From Laetmonice hystrix (taxonomy: Eukaryota): a stretch of DNA of 64,000 bases. Location of the stretch: positions 30,752,001-30,816,000 of the forward strand of contig OZ249439.1 in the NCBI GenBank assembly GCA_965235115.1, in the 5' to 3' direction. Numbering within the stretch: position 1 is the stretch's first letter; each line of letters starts with the position of its first letter. This document shows positions 11,725 to 24,829 of the stretch, piece by piece. The notes under the pieces were generated by a model. That model was not told the DNA's origin and did not search any database. It saw only the letters and a list, made by a program, of their open reading frames with translations. Position numbers and translations under genes: made by a program.

Positions 11725-11968
11725 GTAGGCCGCTACCATAGACAGGCAACAGTGTCCGGCCCCGTGGTAGGCCGCTACCTGTTCATAGACAGCCAACAGT
11801 GTCCGGCCCTGTGGTAGGCCACTACCTGTTCATAGACAGCCAACAGTGTCCGGCCCTGTGGTAGGCCACTACCTGTTCATAGACAGCCAACAGTGTCCGG
11901 CCCTGTGGTAGGCCGCTACCTGTTCATAGACAGCCAACAGTGTCCGGCCCTGTGGTAGGCCGCTAACC
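11725..11968. repeat. Minisatellite, 47-bp unit x ~5.3
   Basis: GTAGGCC(G/A)CTACCTGTTCATAGACAGCCAACAGTGTCCGGCCCTGTG starting at 11767, 11814, 11861 and 11908, a partial copy at 11955, and a first copy at 11725 lacking 5 bp. Confidence 0.97.
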
Positions 11969-13153
11969 ATTCAGTGTTGTTTATACACTAACTGTTAGTT
12001 TCACAATGCACTGCCAGGAAGTGCCCTTTAAAAAGCCTGTGGCGCCGACGATCAAAGTGGACAGGCCTAAATTGGATTACAGTATATAGCGTTTACTTAA
12101 AATCTTATTTCTTGCTACTTGTGTAAGTGTTTACCTGACAAATTTTATGTACACCTGAGGGACCTATCTGGTATATTTACCTGGCTGAGTTAAAACCGGG
12201 GACGGACTAAGGTTAAACCACGGCTGAGCAAACAAACCTAGAGTCCTTCCTCAGGCAATAGCACTCAGCCCAACACCAGGGTGTGACAACCTTATTCGTA
12301 CAGAAACTGTTGCACTGGCAGGGGTAGAACCGCTTAATTACTTGGACAATTAACAGTTACAATAAACAATTGTCTAGACAGGAGGTGGCAGTTTTGGAGG
12401 AGCAACGTTGAAGGATCTGTACCCTAGCAGCTGTTTCCTAGTTCATACAAAATAATGATCAGTCTACATGTTTAATATCCATGAAGCTCCCTTTTGTTGT
12501 CGGGGATTTTACCCGGTAAAAGTTAATGAATGGATGAAAAGCCTGACAAACAGACACTTAATCTGTGTATTTGCTATGAAAGATCTTACGACTGGGTCTC
12601 TAACACTATCAGGTTTTATTACGCTGATACGAGTCAACCGAGAAGTAGATGTCATCAGTACAAAGCTCTGTATAATAGTTTTAGGGCCCTAATCTACAAT
12701 TTCACAGGGTGATTACCGGCGGGCATAACGACTGCGTTACGTCTATCCGACCCAGATTGGCCCTCGTCTGCGACATGAGAAATGTTTACAATGGTTAGCA
12801 CATTGACTGAACTTGCTGCTGATGAATTCGCAGACAGTAGTCGTTAATGTTGCCAATATTTCCTCTTCTCGTTATCGCCGATATTTTGGGAATATTTAGA
12901 ACTAATGCACCAACAGCTTGGGGAGAAATTAACGAAATTTGTAAATAAAACTTGGGGCGGGTGTTTGATGGCGCACGTGTAATTATCGTATCAACAGCGT
13001 TATGTATTCTCATGTAATTCTTTATCATTCTCCGCAAGCACGACTTCCGTCTGGCAGTGAGTCTGGGAGTGGGAAGGAGAAGTCGGAAACAGGGTACCAT
13101 TACGTATAGCATGTCGCCTATCTGTTGTCGAGTGAGCCAGCTCTGGTAACAAT

Positions 13154-13230
13154 TCAGTGTGTGGTCAGTGTATGGTCAGTGTATGGTCAGTGTGTGGTCA
13201 GTGTATGGTCAGTGTGTGGTCAGTCGGTGG
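13154..13230. repeat. Minisatellite, 11-bp unit x7
   Basis: TCAGTGT(A/G)TGG tandem copies. Confidence 0.95.
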
Positions 13231-15379
13231 CCGGGTGCTGTTTAATATGGTGTAGCACACATTGCTGTGCCTTTATCATAATGAGTATCATTAATCTAGA
13301 TTGCTGACTTTATGACGGTTTCTGCACGGGCTGGCTGCCGCCTCAAACCCCCGGGAGTTTAATCGCCGACCTGTGCCTCCCTTTGAAGTCTGACTGTAAT
13401 ATGTTCGAGTAGAATAGGAATCTCAACTACTGCAGAATGGTTGACAAACTTTTGGTGCGCTAATCCTGTAGATAGCTATCACTCGATAGCTATCGTTCTG
13501 CCTACCAGGTACAGTTACATTACATGTATTGTAGATAAGCAATACATGTCATGCAACAAGCGTGACTCGCCGGAGGGTCATGCGATTTCATTAAAAACAT
13601 ATGCTAGGGAATTTTATGGTTGGTATTTCACAGAAACTTTTTTTTCTACACTTAAATCGGTTGAAATTAAAGCTTTAAACACACGCCGCGGTTAAAATTG
13701 AATTGGAACCTGTTAATCCGAGGTAACAGAAGTATTTCACCCTTGGCATTAAGAGATGCCGTTACGGCTGACCTGTACAAACTGGCCTACACCTGCCTGG
13801 ACTTCCAAGTAGAACCCCCTCCACCCTCTCTCCCTCTTACCGACCACCTGCTTTCATGTTTGTCAACATGGCGGGCCGGCCGCCGCCGACTGACCCCAGG
13901 AAGGACTGGGGTGAGCTTGGGTTACCCACGTAAATACACGGTACATGTCCGCTATCACAAACTTCCAGGATTGGAAGAAAAATGAGGTTAGCCCGGGCTA
14001 GTATTTCTCTGTTTGGTAAGGGTAGATGGTGGGTTGAAGAGGGGCGACGCCTTGCACCTGTCCATGCTGTGGCTATAGGAGTGGCCGGTGGGGGTGGGGG
14101 CCGTGAGAGAGCCAATACTCCGGGACTCGGGCTACTTAAAAAGGTGTGCAGTCCCTTGTTACCGTTATCCAAGCACCTTATGCCGCAGGGTCCGACCCAC
14201 ACCTTGAGGGTGGTCCCGCATTACAGGGCACGGCTCAGGTGAGTCAAAAAAGCACCTTGAATACTTGAGATATTTAAGTTCTTCTTTATAGGACTTTGTT
14301 TCTTAGGAGGCCGTTCCCTCAAGTGGGGCCATATTGTTGGTGTCATATTACTCGTGACCCTTGAAGAAACTTCCATGGATTTCCTTTCATAATGAAGAAG
14401 AGCAGATATAATACAAACTGAGTTTGTGAAAAGCTTTGAAAGGACAAGACCATGTCATTAGTAGGGCTATCTTCCAATTATTGTACCCTGCAATCTCTGT
14501 CAAGTTTCCGCGGAAAATATGTGAAAATGAAATGTATCTTCTCGAAGGTCCAGTTAATATTCCTACCAAAATATCGGACTGCTTAAAAAGAGAGTAGTAT
14601 ATATCAAGGTCGTTATATAAGGATTTCTATCGTTCCAGATGTCTGATTTGTTTACCGAGCTGTTCTGGCGTGAAAAGGACCAGAAGACAACGTTTACAGA
14701 TGAGAGAGTCGAAGTGACAGGAAGGCTCAGTGGCTGATTTCCATGGCGCGGTGACCTGTCATAGGTCAAGGCCTGGTTCAGTCTCCCCAGGTCTGACCGG
14801 GGTTCAACTCTGTGAACTATTCCAGGTTGTCAGCCGTCTCCATGGCACCCACTACTCTGTATTTACATCTCGTCCCTCAGCTGCCAGTCCCCACCATATC
14901 TCAGGTGTGACAGTCACGACCCTCAATGGACCTGAGGTTTTTTTTCAACTTCACTTTATGACTCGCCCCTAACAGGGCGTGTGCTGTCGTCCCCGCGCTG
15001 CCCCTGATTGGCAGGGTTGTGACTCGGACATTTTCCAGGGTCAGTCGACGCCGAAAGCATGAAGCGGTGGATGCAGGTGTCCACTGCCCACACCGCTGAA
15101 CCCTCTCGACCCTCCCTGTAGAAGACCATGAAAAGCCATGTGCTTGAGTCCCACTGCTTCATAATGCAATATGTCGGAACCTCTCGAGTATGATTAATAT
15201 CTTGAAGCAGGTCGATTGCTGCATGACCCATTGTACTCTTTGGTAATACTGAGTCAGAGCGCGGTAAGCTTTTTAGACCGAGTTCCTTTTCACCACAGGA
15301 ACTGGACATTGTGAATGTCGCTGCGTGGGTCCAAGCTCCATGAACTCTGTCCACAATAGCGTCCAGCCATGTCGGGCAC

Positions 15380-16345
15380 GTTGATGCCGCTTGAAAACCA
15401 TCGACTGCCCTCCTCCTATACATTCTCCATTCATAAATATCCATGCAGCCTTTCAGGACCGTAAAGGAACTCACTTGTTTCCCATTACGCCCACAAAGTC
15501 TCCTTTTACCCTATTCTAAACAAGTCAAAAGATGTGAGAACGTTAGGGGGGAATAAGTACTCGCAAAGAAACATGGAACAGAAGTTGCTCCAGAGTCTTG
15601 CTGACCTGTATCTTTCTTTATGTGCGGAAAATTGTGTTCAGTTTAACGTTGATGAAGTATTTTGTTAATTTCAAACACCATGTGGAAGATATCCATGAAT
15701 TACATTGGCATCAACAGGAAAACCCCCCTCCTTTGAACATGCCTAGAAAACTACCGGTATCCATGATAGAATTATAATTGCAGCCTTAGCTGAAATTGCT
15801 TCCTCGGGTGTCCAATTAACTCGGGCGCTCGCTCCACAATTGCCTTGTTAATGAGAAGTACACGAATACCTTGGTAATGAAAAGTTTCAACATCAAAGCT
15901 AGCGTCCTATTTAAGGTGGACGGATTAACATCTCTCGCAGCATCCCCGGGTTGCACAGATGAAAGTCACGGCCAGCAGGAAGTGATGCTTTAGGCAGATT
16001 ACTCCAGAGATTTCCAGATAAGCATCCTAGAAAAAGTTGAGGCCCCCTGCGCAGGGGAGTCGGCCATCATGCAAGACCCCCATCAGTACGAGAACGGCAA
16101 CCGCCAGGCCTTTAATTTATGGAGTAATTTATGAGAACAAGTATGGGTGAAGATGCTGCAGACTGACCCATGCAGTACCAATGAAATAAAAACGCATCGT
16201 CAACAAAGGAAGGACAATGTATGTTTCACTGACAGTCACCAAAAGGATTGCTTATTCTTCTGAGTAGCTATTATCACTTTCTTGCATTTGGAACTGGTAT
16301 TCATTTATCAACGGCCCCAGTACGCCACACGGGACATCCCGATCT
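15380..16345 (-). mobile_element. Decayed non-LTR (CR1/L2-like) reverse transcriptase relic
   Basis: Collinear degenerate motifs across frameshifts: VPCGVLGPL (16335-16309, cf. GVPQGSVLGPL), FVDD (16207-16196), LHKLKAWRLPF, FLG (16033-16025), NRTLA (15911-15897), YFSLTR (15860-15843), W-x-P. Confidence 0.6.
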
Positions 16346-17778
16346 TACAATGCACCTTTTTGAAATAGAAACCACAAAGAAAAGTTTCACAGACCGGCCT
16401 GGGGGGTTGGCGGTACCCCAAATGGTATCATCAGAATCTCTTTCAGACCTGCACGTGTGTGTACGCTGTGATAAATTACAATTCCCAAGTTGGTTGTTTC
16501 TCCAAGTGAATCATAGGTCCACAAAACTATTGGCCGACTGGATTGACCTTTGTAAGGCACAAACCCGTAATTAGGGAAAAGAAATGAAGGACGAGCGGGA
16601 AAAGGCAACTCGCCGATGCCATATCTCGTTCATCTCTATAGCTTTCCAAGGCTGTTGGTTTGCCTGATCAGATAGCTACGACCGGAGGGCTTTGTGTGGA
16701 AACGAAGAATGAGGATCGGTTTGAAGGAGGGCTAGACGTGCTGCGCCTCACCATTGCTGACTTAGTTATCTGTTGTCAAAACAGATAAAGCAGACCATAG
16801 GAAAGGTCAGCGAGGCAGAATCTTGGCTCCTTCCAGTCAACTCGTCCAGACTATAGTGCCCTCCCTTGTTCACGCTCCGCTTCCAAAACTTGACTTCAAT
16901 GGGAACTCACCTGTAAAGTGAAGTGTAGGATGCCTTCAGACAGGTGTCTACAGGTGCGATGTAACTACCTTCGAGAGCATTCCTCAGAGTGCCGCCGCTG
17001 AGCGTCCACTATAACAGGTCTTGTTCCGCCGACCGCCGTGTTCGGAGTGGCGGGTTTCTCTGCAGTTATTGACTGTAACTTGCCCGCCACTGATCAGTTA
17101 ATAGAGTGGCCAGTGTCATCAAACACCAACCTCCTTTTGACGGACACAGTTCACAGGTGTCTTTGTAGCAAGTGGGCGTTAATTTCAATTACTGATCAAG
17201 TGGATCAGAGCACGCACGGGGCAACCAATGTCTCTCCACTGCCACCGCCTCCGCCACCTCGCAACGTTTGTTGTGTTCTTGGCCGAGCTCACAAAAAAGG
17301 CGCAATGTGCTTAATTTCACACTTCCTGTCCCGCCACTAGGGACGAGAGCAGAGCCCCATTGTCTGTCGGTCTGTTTGATGTACCGCCGCCCGTGCCTCC
17401 CCGCCACTGCCGATGATCCAAGCCACGGTCAATAGCTCCCTAATTGTAGCTCCTGCCCCAGTTGATTACAGGTGCGTTTTTCAATGTGTATCCAATCCAC
17501 CTTCACACCAGCTGTCCCACGGACAAACCCGGTAAAGTCAATGTTTACCCACAGTCATAAAAAAAGATTACACCTTGCGCCGTCTTTGAGTGAATAAAGA
17601 ATGGCCACACAAATCTTAAATGAAAGCAGTCATTAATTTAAGCTGCCTTTGAAATTAACCTGGCCTAATCCCCTCACAATGGCACCTGTGGAGTATTAAC
17701 GACGATAGAGAAGAAAGACAAGTGTTTTACAACCGTGGAAATGGTCACTACTTGGGAAAATACGGACACATACCCTGT

Positions 17779-17880
17779 ATCAGTAAGCTGGCGAAGGCGC
17801 GTTACTACGGAGATAATGTTGTCCCTTATAGCGACTTTGCAATGAGGAACTTCTTTGAAGTCCTGTATTTGGTATTATCA
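17779..17880 (+). mobile_element. Possible LINE ORF2 linker relic
   Basis: ISKLAKARYYGDNV...NFFEVLYLVL resembles the AKxxYY linker between the APE and RT domains. Short match only. Confidence 0.3.
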
Positions 17881-20800
17881 CAGGATGTGAAGCTAATACT
17901 TATCCGGTCAGAACGCATTCGCAGGGAGATACGGTGCAAAAGAAGACCAGTGGGCAAGTCGCATTACTACGATGCGAATAAGTGATGCTTCTGAGAAATG
18001 TTAGGGATTTTCTATGAACGTGTAAACACGATCAAGTGTTTAATGAAGGAGTGGCAAAGTGGAAATTCCTGCCAGCCTGGCGACGGGACCGCTTTGAATT
18101 GAAGTTAGTAAGATAAATTGTGAGGAGAATCTATATCCACGGATTCAAGTTGACGTTCTCTGTCCCTGTATAACATCATGATAAACCTAACATATACTCA
18201 CAGAAAAGTCGGTCGTTATATCAACCTGTATTGTCGTACAGGTGATGTTAGTCTTGTCGCTGCAGCTGTAACGCTCACGTCAGGTGTGATAAGTTTCAGG
18301 TTGCACTGTCTCACAGTTGTCATGCCAACTCGGCGGTATCTCGTGCGGTCAGACAGGTGCCAACCTCCAGACTGAGTAAGGTGACCCGGGACCTCATAGG
18401 TAAAGGGAGAGGTGCTGGGATATCAGGCGCTTCATCTCAGAGTCACCGAGTCACCATAGATACTTTGAGACATGGCTACAACCCCAGCATTGTGCCACTC
18501 CGCCGGGGCGTTAGCGTGGTCAGCAATATACGTGCTCTAAGTTGTCGAGTCAATTCCGGGAGAGCCGAGTGACATTCATACCCCCTGCTGACATTGATGT
18601 TCCCCTTGACAATAGAAAACAAGACGGTATTCTACGGTCAGGTCTGGTGTAGGTGGCTCACATCCGTAGATCAGCCGGCCGCTGTACCTGTCGCGACACA
18701 CACCCACCGTCAGGTACAGGCTGGTTTTTTATGTATGAAACAGGCCTCATTAATACAGGTGCAGCCCATTGAACAATGGCACCAATGTTTGATGGTCAAT
18801 CTGACACCATGCTGGTTAGATAGAGGTGCTAAACGGCCGAGCTACCGTCTGCTACCGCCAGATGGCCCCAGGGTCGGGGGTGCGATCCACCACCCCAAGT
18901 GGTGGTGGTGGGGTTGGGGGGGGGGGGGGGTAGACCCCAGGGGGGCTAGGCCCTTCAGGGTATTTTTTTATCGATAACAGCAAGTGTTGGAAATGGCAGT
19001 GACAGATGATGAGAGACAACGGTCTATTAGTGCAGGTTAGACAAAGGCAAATACACCCAGGCTATAATATCCATCCCTACTATACACCCACCGCCCAACA
19101 TCTCATGACAGAAATTACCACCACTTTAGCATAGGTTATGGTATCTAACGGGTCTATCACCCCGTCCCCGGCCACACCAGTAGGGAATCCGTCACATGAA
19201 ATTATACCTTCATGTCCACCCGCTCTGTCTACAGACGTCAACAGTGGTCAGCACGGCTGAAATACTGACTGGTGGGTGTGTATTGTGTGTGGAGGGCGGT
19301 GGCCGCCGTAATGACCGCTTTCCGTGTGGCTGGGCTGACCGGACCGCTGACCACTGAGTGACCGCCGGCCAGCCCCCCACCCCCCGCTCCCCGCACGCTC
19401 CCCGTGCCCCCCACATGCGAAGAACCCCGTCGGCCGGCCGTGGTCGCGATGGTCACGTTAAGTCAGCCAGCGGTCACAGGTCAGGGCAGTGACACACTGT
19501 GACCATTCACAGACGTGAACACTAATGATATAATTTGATACAATGGTCAGGCCGTTCCAGAAAATGGCCCCTACCATGTATCGAGTGTCAAAGTCATTCA
19601 TCAACGTTTTCGGACGGAAAGCGTGTTTTGTACTCCGCTAGGCTGCCTGGCTGTCAGACTGTCACAATCTGCTGTCGTCATTTTCAATCTTGTATTTCAG
19701 TTTCCACCCTGGCCTCCAGCTACTATAGGCTTATCCTATATCTAGACCGTTCCCGCTAACTCATCCTACTCCACCCCCTGCCTACATATGCAGGTATATT
19801 ACTTCGGTCTACTGCATTCAGTGAAAAAAAAACACCTAAGAATGTCGACTACATCCATGGGTATTTCGTTGACTAACACACATATAGAAATAAACATTTC
19901 TTAACATTTTATCATTCGTTGAAATTTTGATCACCAAACCTTACTTCCATCTCCGTTTGCCCCCGCCCCTCCCTCCCCCACCCCCACAGTGGATCTCGCT
20001 ATCACTCGGACTGCATGCTCGGCCAACCGCGCACCGCTGTACCCCAAGGTTCAATCTCAGAACTACTCAACCACCCACCCACCCCGGCCAGCTATACCCT
20101 ACCAAATAGACATTTTGCCATCACAGTTTTAACAAACAATCAGTACTAACCTGTACGTTTCTGTAAACACCAAAGTATTAATCCATGGTTTTCTCCAGTG
20201 TTCTGTTAATCATTAAGCTCTAAGTGAGTGAGCTGTGAGTCCTTCGATACTCCAAGTGGTAAATGCACCCAAGTATAAACGCAGCCAAGAAGTAAACAGT
20301 GACAATGTCCTGTGCCGTCCTGTGTGAGTTGGTGTAGGATGAGTTCCTCCTATATACGTAACAGTGGGCGAGTTGTTCGGAACGCTGCCGCCTCCACAGT
20401 GGTATCCCAACCTTACACCATGGGATGACGTCCGACCGGCTCGCTCGCAGGTGTTTCCGGTTGGCTGACGACGAATCAGAATCCGTCGACTTTCACGGCC
20501 GAGCTCTGTGACTGTGGGCACAGCCAACTGTTCTCTTCTTAAAGTTCTGAGTAGCACATCAAAAGTTGTCGCCAACACAACAGATCACAAGTGCTTGCTA
20601 CTTTCAAACATTGTCTCTTGGCCTTGTGTTCTTTAACAAATCCTCATTAATGTCATTAAAACCTAAAGTGAGCTGGGATTTATCGATAAGGTGCCCGGGG
20701 CAGCGCGGGCTCCAGGGGTGATACGGCTCGGCTGTGGAATGCTGACGGCGCGGGTCGGGCGAACACACACTGTGCGGCTCTGGTCGTCATGTGAACAGCA

Positions 20801-23085
20801 CGGCGGCCTACTGCCGAATGCTGCACATGGCTGGGCGACTCGCTCCACTCAAGTAGGGGGTCTCTTACCCATCGATTCAGTCAGCCAGTCAGCGGACAGC
20901 GCTGGCAGTCAGGCAGTCACCAACCGCCCGACGTACATCATACACACACAGGGAACCCTAGCTTCCCCGGCAAGCTGAATACTACACATGTCAATAAAAG
21001 GTTCGAGCATGCAGCCATGGGCTTTCATGACTGCGGCCAATCAAGACATGTTTGAGGAACCTAGGGGTCAGACCGATGTGCCGGGTGTGTGGGAGCTTCA
21101 GGTCACATGCGCCAATCATGGAAAGCGACATATGAGCATCGACAATGTATAAATGACCATAATTTTTGGCTAGGCCTTAAAATGCGCAAAACGGCCGAGC
21201 TGCAGCGCGTGAAACAGGCCGATTGCTCATCATAGGGGCGGGCTCCTTATTCACCCAAACCCTGTTTGGAATGCGTCAGAAACCCCCGCTTCGGAGTGGG
21301 GTGTATATACAAACTGTTAAACGTGCTGACAAATCTGACGTGCCTCCTCCTGCCGTAATCCACTGACGTGTGCGTCTGGCATTGTGCAGGTCTGACAAGC
21401 CTCATCGAACCAGCCTAGTTTGAAGTGAATGAATATTTGCTTCTCATTGAGGCATTTACTTCTCTGCAGTCATGTATGCGCAGGATGGGCAGACGGCTTA
21501 TACTGTCGGCGTTGTTTGGCCTGTCAAAACCTCACCAAATCTGGCACTCGTTTTACGCTACATTTGACGGGGATAACGTCCCTTATAGCCACACACACTG
21601 CTCAAAGTCTGAGCATCGCAACAGCCACCTTCATCGAGTCGGAAGACAGAGTTACTGAACCAAATGTAACCCTATCTCCGCTTCTCAATGCAGAACATTG
21701 CTAAACATACTTTGGGGGGTGTTACGGCCAACATTCTGGTTTGGTACGAATGGCTTTGTTGGCCGAGGACAGGTGAATCGGTATTGGGGGCTTGATGACT
21801 TTACCACCGCTTGGCAGGGGTAGGTTGGACATGGCGATTACTTACATCTAACGCCACGACTCCTTTCAGTCTGTTACCGTGGGGGCCAGCGTAGGAAGGA
21901 ACTGCCTTGCACAAAGCCGGCCCACTGAATGGAATCGCGTAATTGCTGATAACCAATGGTGTTTAATTGCCTTCTATGATATCTCCTTAAATGACAGGCC
22001 AGGGAACTTTCCATAAGTAACTTTTCAAGGCCTTAGCAACCAGGACCAGCAGGTTATGATGTGCTGTCACCCCCACCCACCCCTTACTCCATGCACAGTC
22101 CCTTAAAGGCAGTGCACTGGTATGAGGCTTGACAGGTAGGGGTTTTTTTCTTGTAGAACCTTTAAGGTATCAACGTCTGCCGAGGCAGCAGTGACAAGGG
22201 TTTTCACAGTGGGGTTGCTGATACCGTTAACAACACTACATAAGTGGATGCAATCCACCCCCGGTGACCACAGGGCATCGGAACTGCCCGAGTCAATGGT
22301 AAAAAGTCTCCGAGAGAGACAACTCCCTACACCTGCTCAGGAAACCCAAGGGCAAGACTGGAGGGGAGGAAAACCACCCTGTCACTTGTTCGCTACCCTC
22401 CGTGCCTTCAAGCACATTGTAAGACCCATCAGATTTCACAAATGATTAACTCAAGTTTGCAGATTCTGGCAATCTGGACATCATCTAGACCAGGTTCGAA
22501 TGAGGACAGAAGGAAGTGGGGAATGGCACAGTGTATAGAGAGCGAAAGCACAGGGCAATAAATCAGAGTGACCAACCCTTCTCTTTCTTGAAATGTTGCC
22601 ATAAATTACGTCCACGTGGCTACTGCTCTGACCTCTCATTGGCATATCGACCTGTATATTGCTTTATTACTGGTAATAGGGTTGTTTACCCCAGGTCAAC
22701 CCTGACCGGGGGTTGTGTGCTCAGGTCAGTTTGGGCTCGGGAACAAACGCTTGATTTATATCATAAAGAAAATGAGATTTCTGACAAGTTTGATACCAGC
22801 CGTCAATGGCCAGGGTGATAGACTGGCGGGGGTCACTACTGGTCAACGAGGTCAAAATCAAAACGATCTCACACCTTTCTTATCAGTAGATTTACATTCC
22901 CACACGTGCAGAGGTAACGCTGTAAGGACACTTTAATTTCAATGAATATTCAGGCAACTGAAGGAATGGACTGACAGGCACTTTGTTTAGATTTCCACAC
23001 GGGGATTTCGGGTATGATTCAGAAGCAAAAAGGCCTGAGGTAGGATGCGCCATTAGAAAGTACGGCACACTTGCACCTGTCCGTG

Positions 23086-24192
23086 CCGGTGTACTAAGCC
23101 CAAACCACTCTACCCTCAAAGCACTATGGTAGTAGTTTGAGCGTACGCCCAAACTACTCTAGAGTGCTTTGGGCGTACGCTCAGACTACTCTAGAGTGGT
23201 TTGAGCGTAAGTCAGCCTACGCTCAGATGACTACCCTGCCCACGCCCACACAACTACTGTTATGCTCAGAACACTCTACTAACTCTCAAAACACTACCCT
23301 CGCTTAATTTAGATACAACTCCCAGGATTCGTTCAAAAACCTTCTTCTTCTCCTTCTCCTTCCCCTCCAACTCCTCCTCCTTTTCCTCCTCCTCTTCTTC
23401 TTAAGCGGGGTGGTGTTTTTTGGGTGTTATACTACTGTTATGCTCAGAACACTCTACCCACTCTCAAAACACTACCCTCGCTTAATTTAGCTACAACTCC
23501 CACGATTCGGGCAAAAACCTTCTACTCCTTCTCCTCCCCCTCCTCCTTTTTCTTCTTGTTCTTGCTCTTCCTTCTTCTTCTTCTTGATTCTTCTGGACAT
23601 TGATAATACCGAAATCTAGCCTAATTCTCAGGAGTGGGTGGGGCGTCTTGCCCCACCCACAGGGGCGTCTTCTCCGAAGGGGGGTGGGTTTACAGACACC
23701 CCGACCCCCCCTGCACATGGCCCTGGGGGGAATCCCCCCACACACTTTTTTCACCAAAGAAAAAGTTTGTTCCTGTTAATTGTCATAAAGTGTAATTTTT
23801 GACCTTCACAATTGCACTCAAAGTTCAACAGATCACTCCATAGTCCTAAAATCGTTTTCTGGACTATGCATCAGAGCCCTAAGTTTGCTTGATTTCGCTG
23901 TCAGGAACACCCGCTGCAAACATTAAAATAAAAGTCAGACAAGTTTCAGGACCCCCCCTCCCCGTCCACTTTCAGAACCCCCCCCCCCCCCCTTACAAAA
24001 GGAACTGCCGCCCGTGGGTGGGGTAGTGTTTTGAGCGTGGGTAGTGTTTTGAGATTTCTAGGGGTAGTGCTTTGAGCGTGAGAGTAGTGCTTTGGGTGTA
24101 CCCCCAAACCACTACCGTAGTGTTTTGGGCCTACGCTCAAAACACTACGGTAGTGGTTTGAGCGGGGTAGTGGTTTGAGGGTGTTACACCGG
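23086..24192. mobile_element. Foldback-like non-autonomous element with modular, internally palindromic inverted arms
   Basis: Ends CCGGTGTA (23086) / TACACCGG (24192). Both arms are arrays of a GTAGTG(G/T/C)TTTG(A/G)GCG module in both orientations and are imperfect reverse complements of each other. Internal 178-bp-period duplication and GC hairpins; no TSD identified. Confidence 0.65.
23253..23586. repeat. Internal direct duplication (178-bp period) ending in CT-rich tracts
   Basis: ACTACTGTTATGCTCAGAACACTCTAC...CAAAAACCTTCT at 23253 and 23431. Confidence 0.9.
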
Positions 24193-24829
24193 GATGAAGG
24201 TAGTGGTTTGTTACAAGGATCAGATAGAGGATTCACCAAACAACCGTCTTCTTGTCTTTTGTTTACTGTGCTTGAACTGTTGTGCTTGAACTGTTGTGCA
24301 GCACCTGCCCCTGCCAAGTGGCGTAATGTTGCGGAGGGTGGGACGGGAGGGGGTGTGGAAGGGAGGGGTGGGGTAATTCTATACGTTCCCCCCCACCTGT
24401 CATGATGAGGGTGTGACGTGCATGACAAGCATGCATCATCATCCGTCTTGCCGTATGACTGCTGGCTATTGGAAACCCGGACACTTTCATTATGAGACTG
24501 TGATCAGAGGAGGTGCGGTATCTCTCTATACCATTCCCTAGCAGTTCTAGCCATACATGAATTCGACCTTTGAGACTCGCACACCGTCCTCCCTTTATAA
24601 ATACTGATCAAATTCTCCCCATGCTTCTAACGTCGTCATCAACCTCCCGGGACGCCTCAGGATGACCTTGGCGACATATTTTGATAGATATTAGCTCACA
24701 CAAGGAAATCTTAAGACGCGGACTTTCCTTCGTACCCCAGCATGTCGTCTTACCCCCCTCCCACCACAGTCAAATTTGCTTTCTGTAACGGACCAAACGG
24801 CAGAGTATTATATGTTCTGGCGCCGTCTT

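Noticed and set aside
11725-11968. CRISPR-like array
   Set aside because: Units repeat in full with no unique spacers, no cas genes, and the context is eukaryotic
14956-15474. 172-aa ORF as a gene or DIRS-type RT
   Set aside because: Better explained as the decayed 3' continuation of the adjacent LINE relic; catalytic motifs are unconvincing
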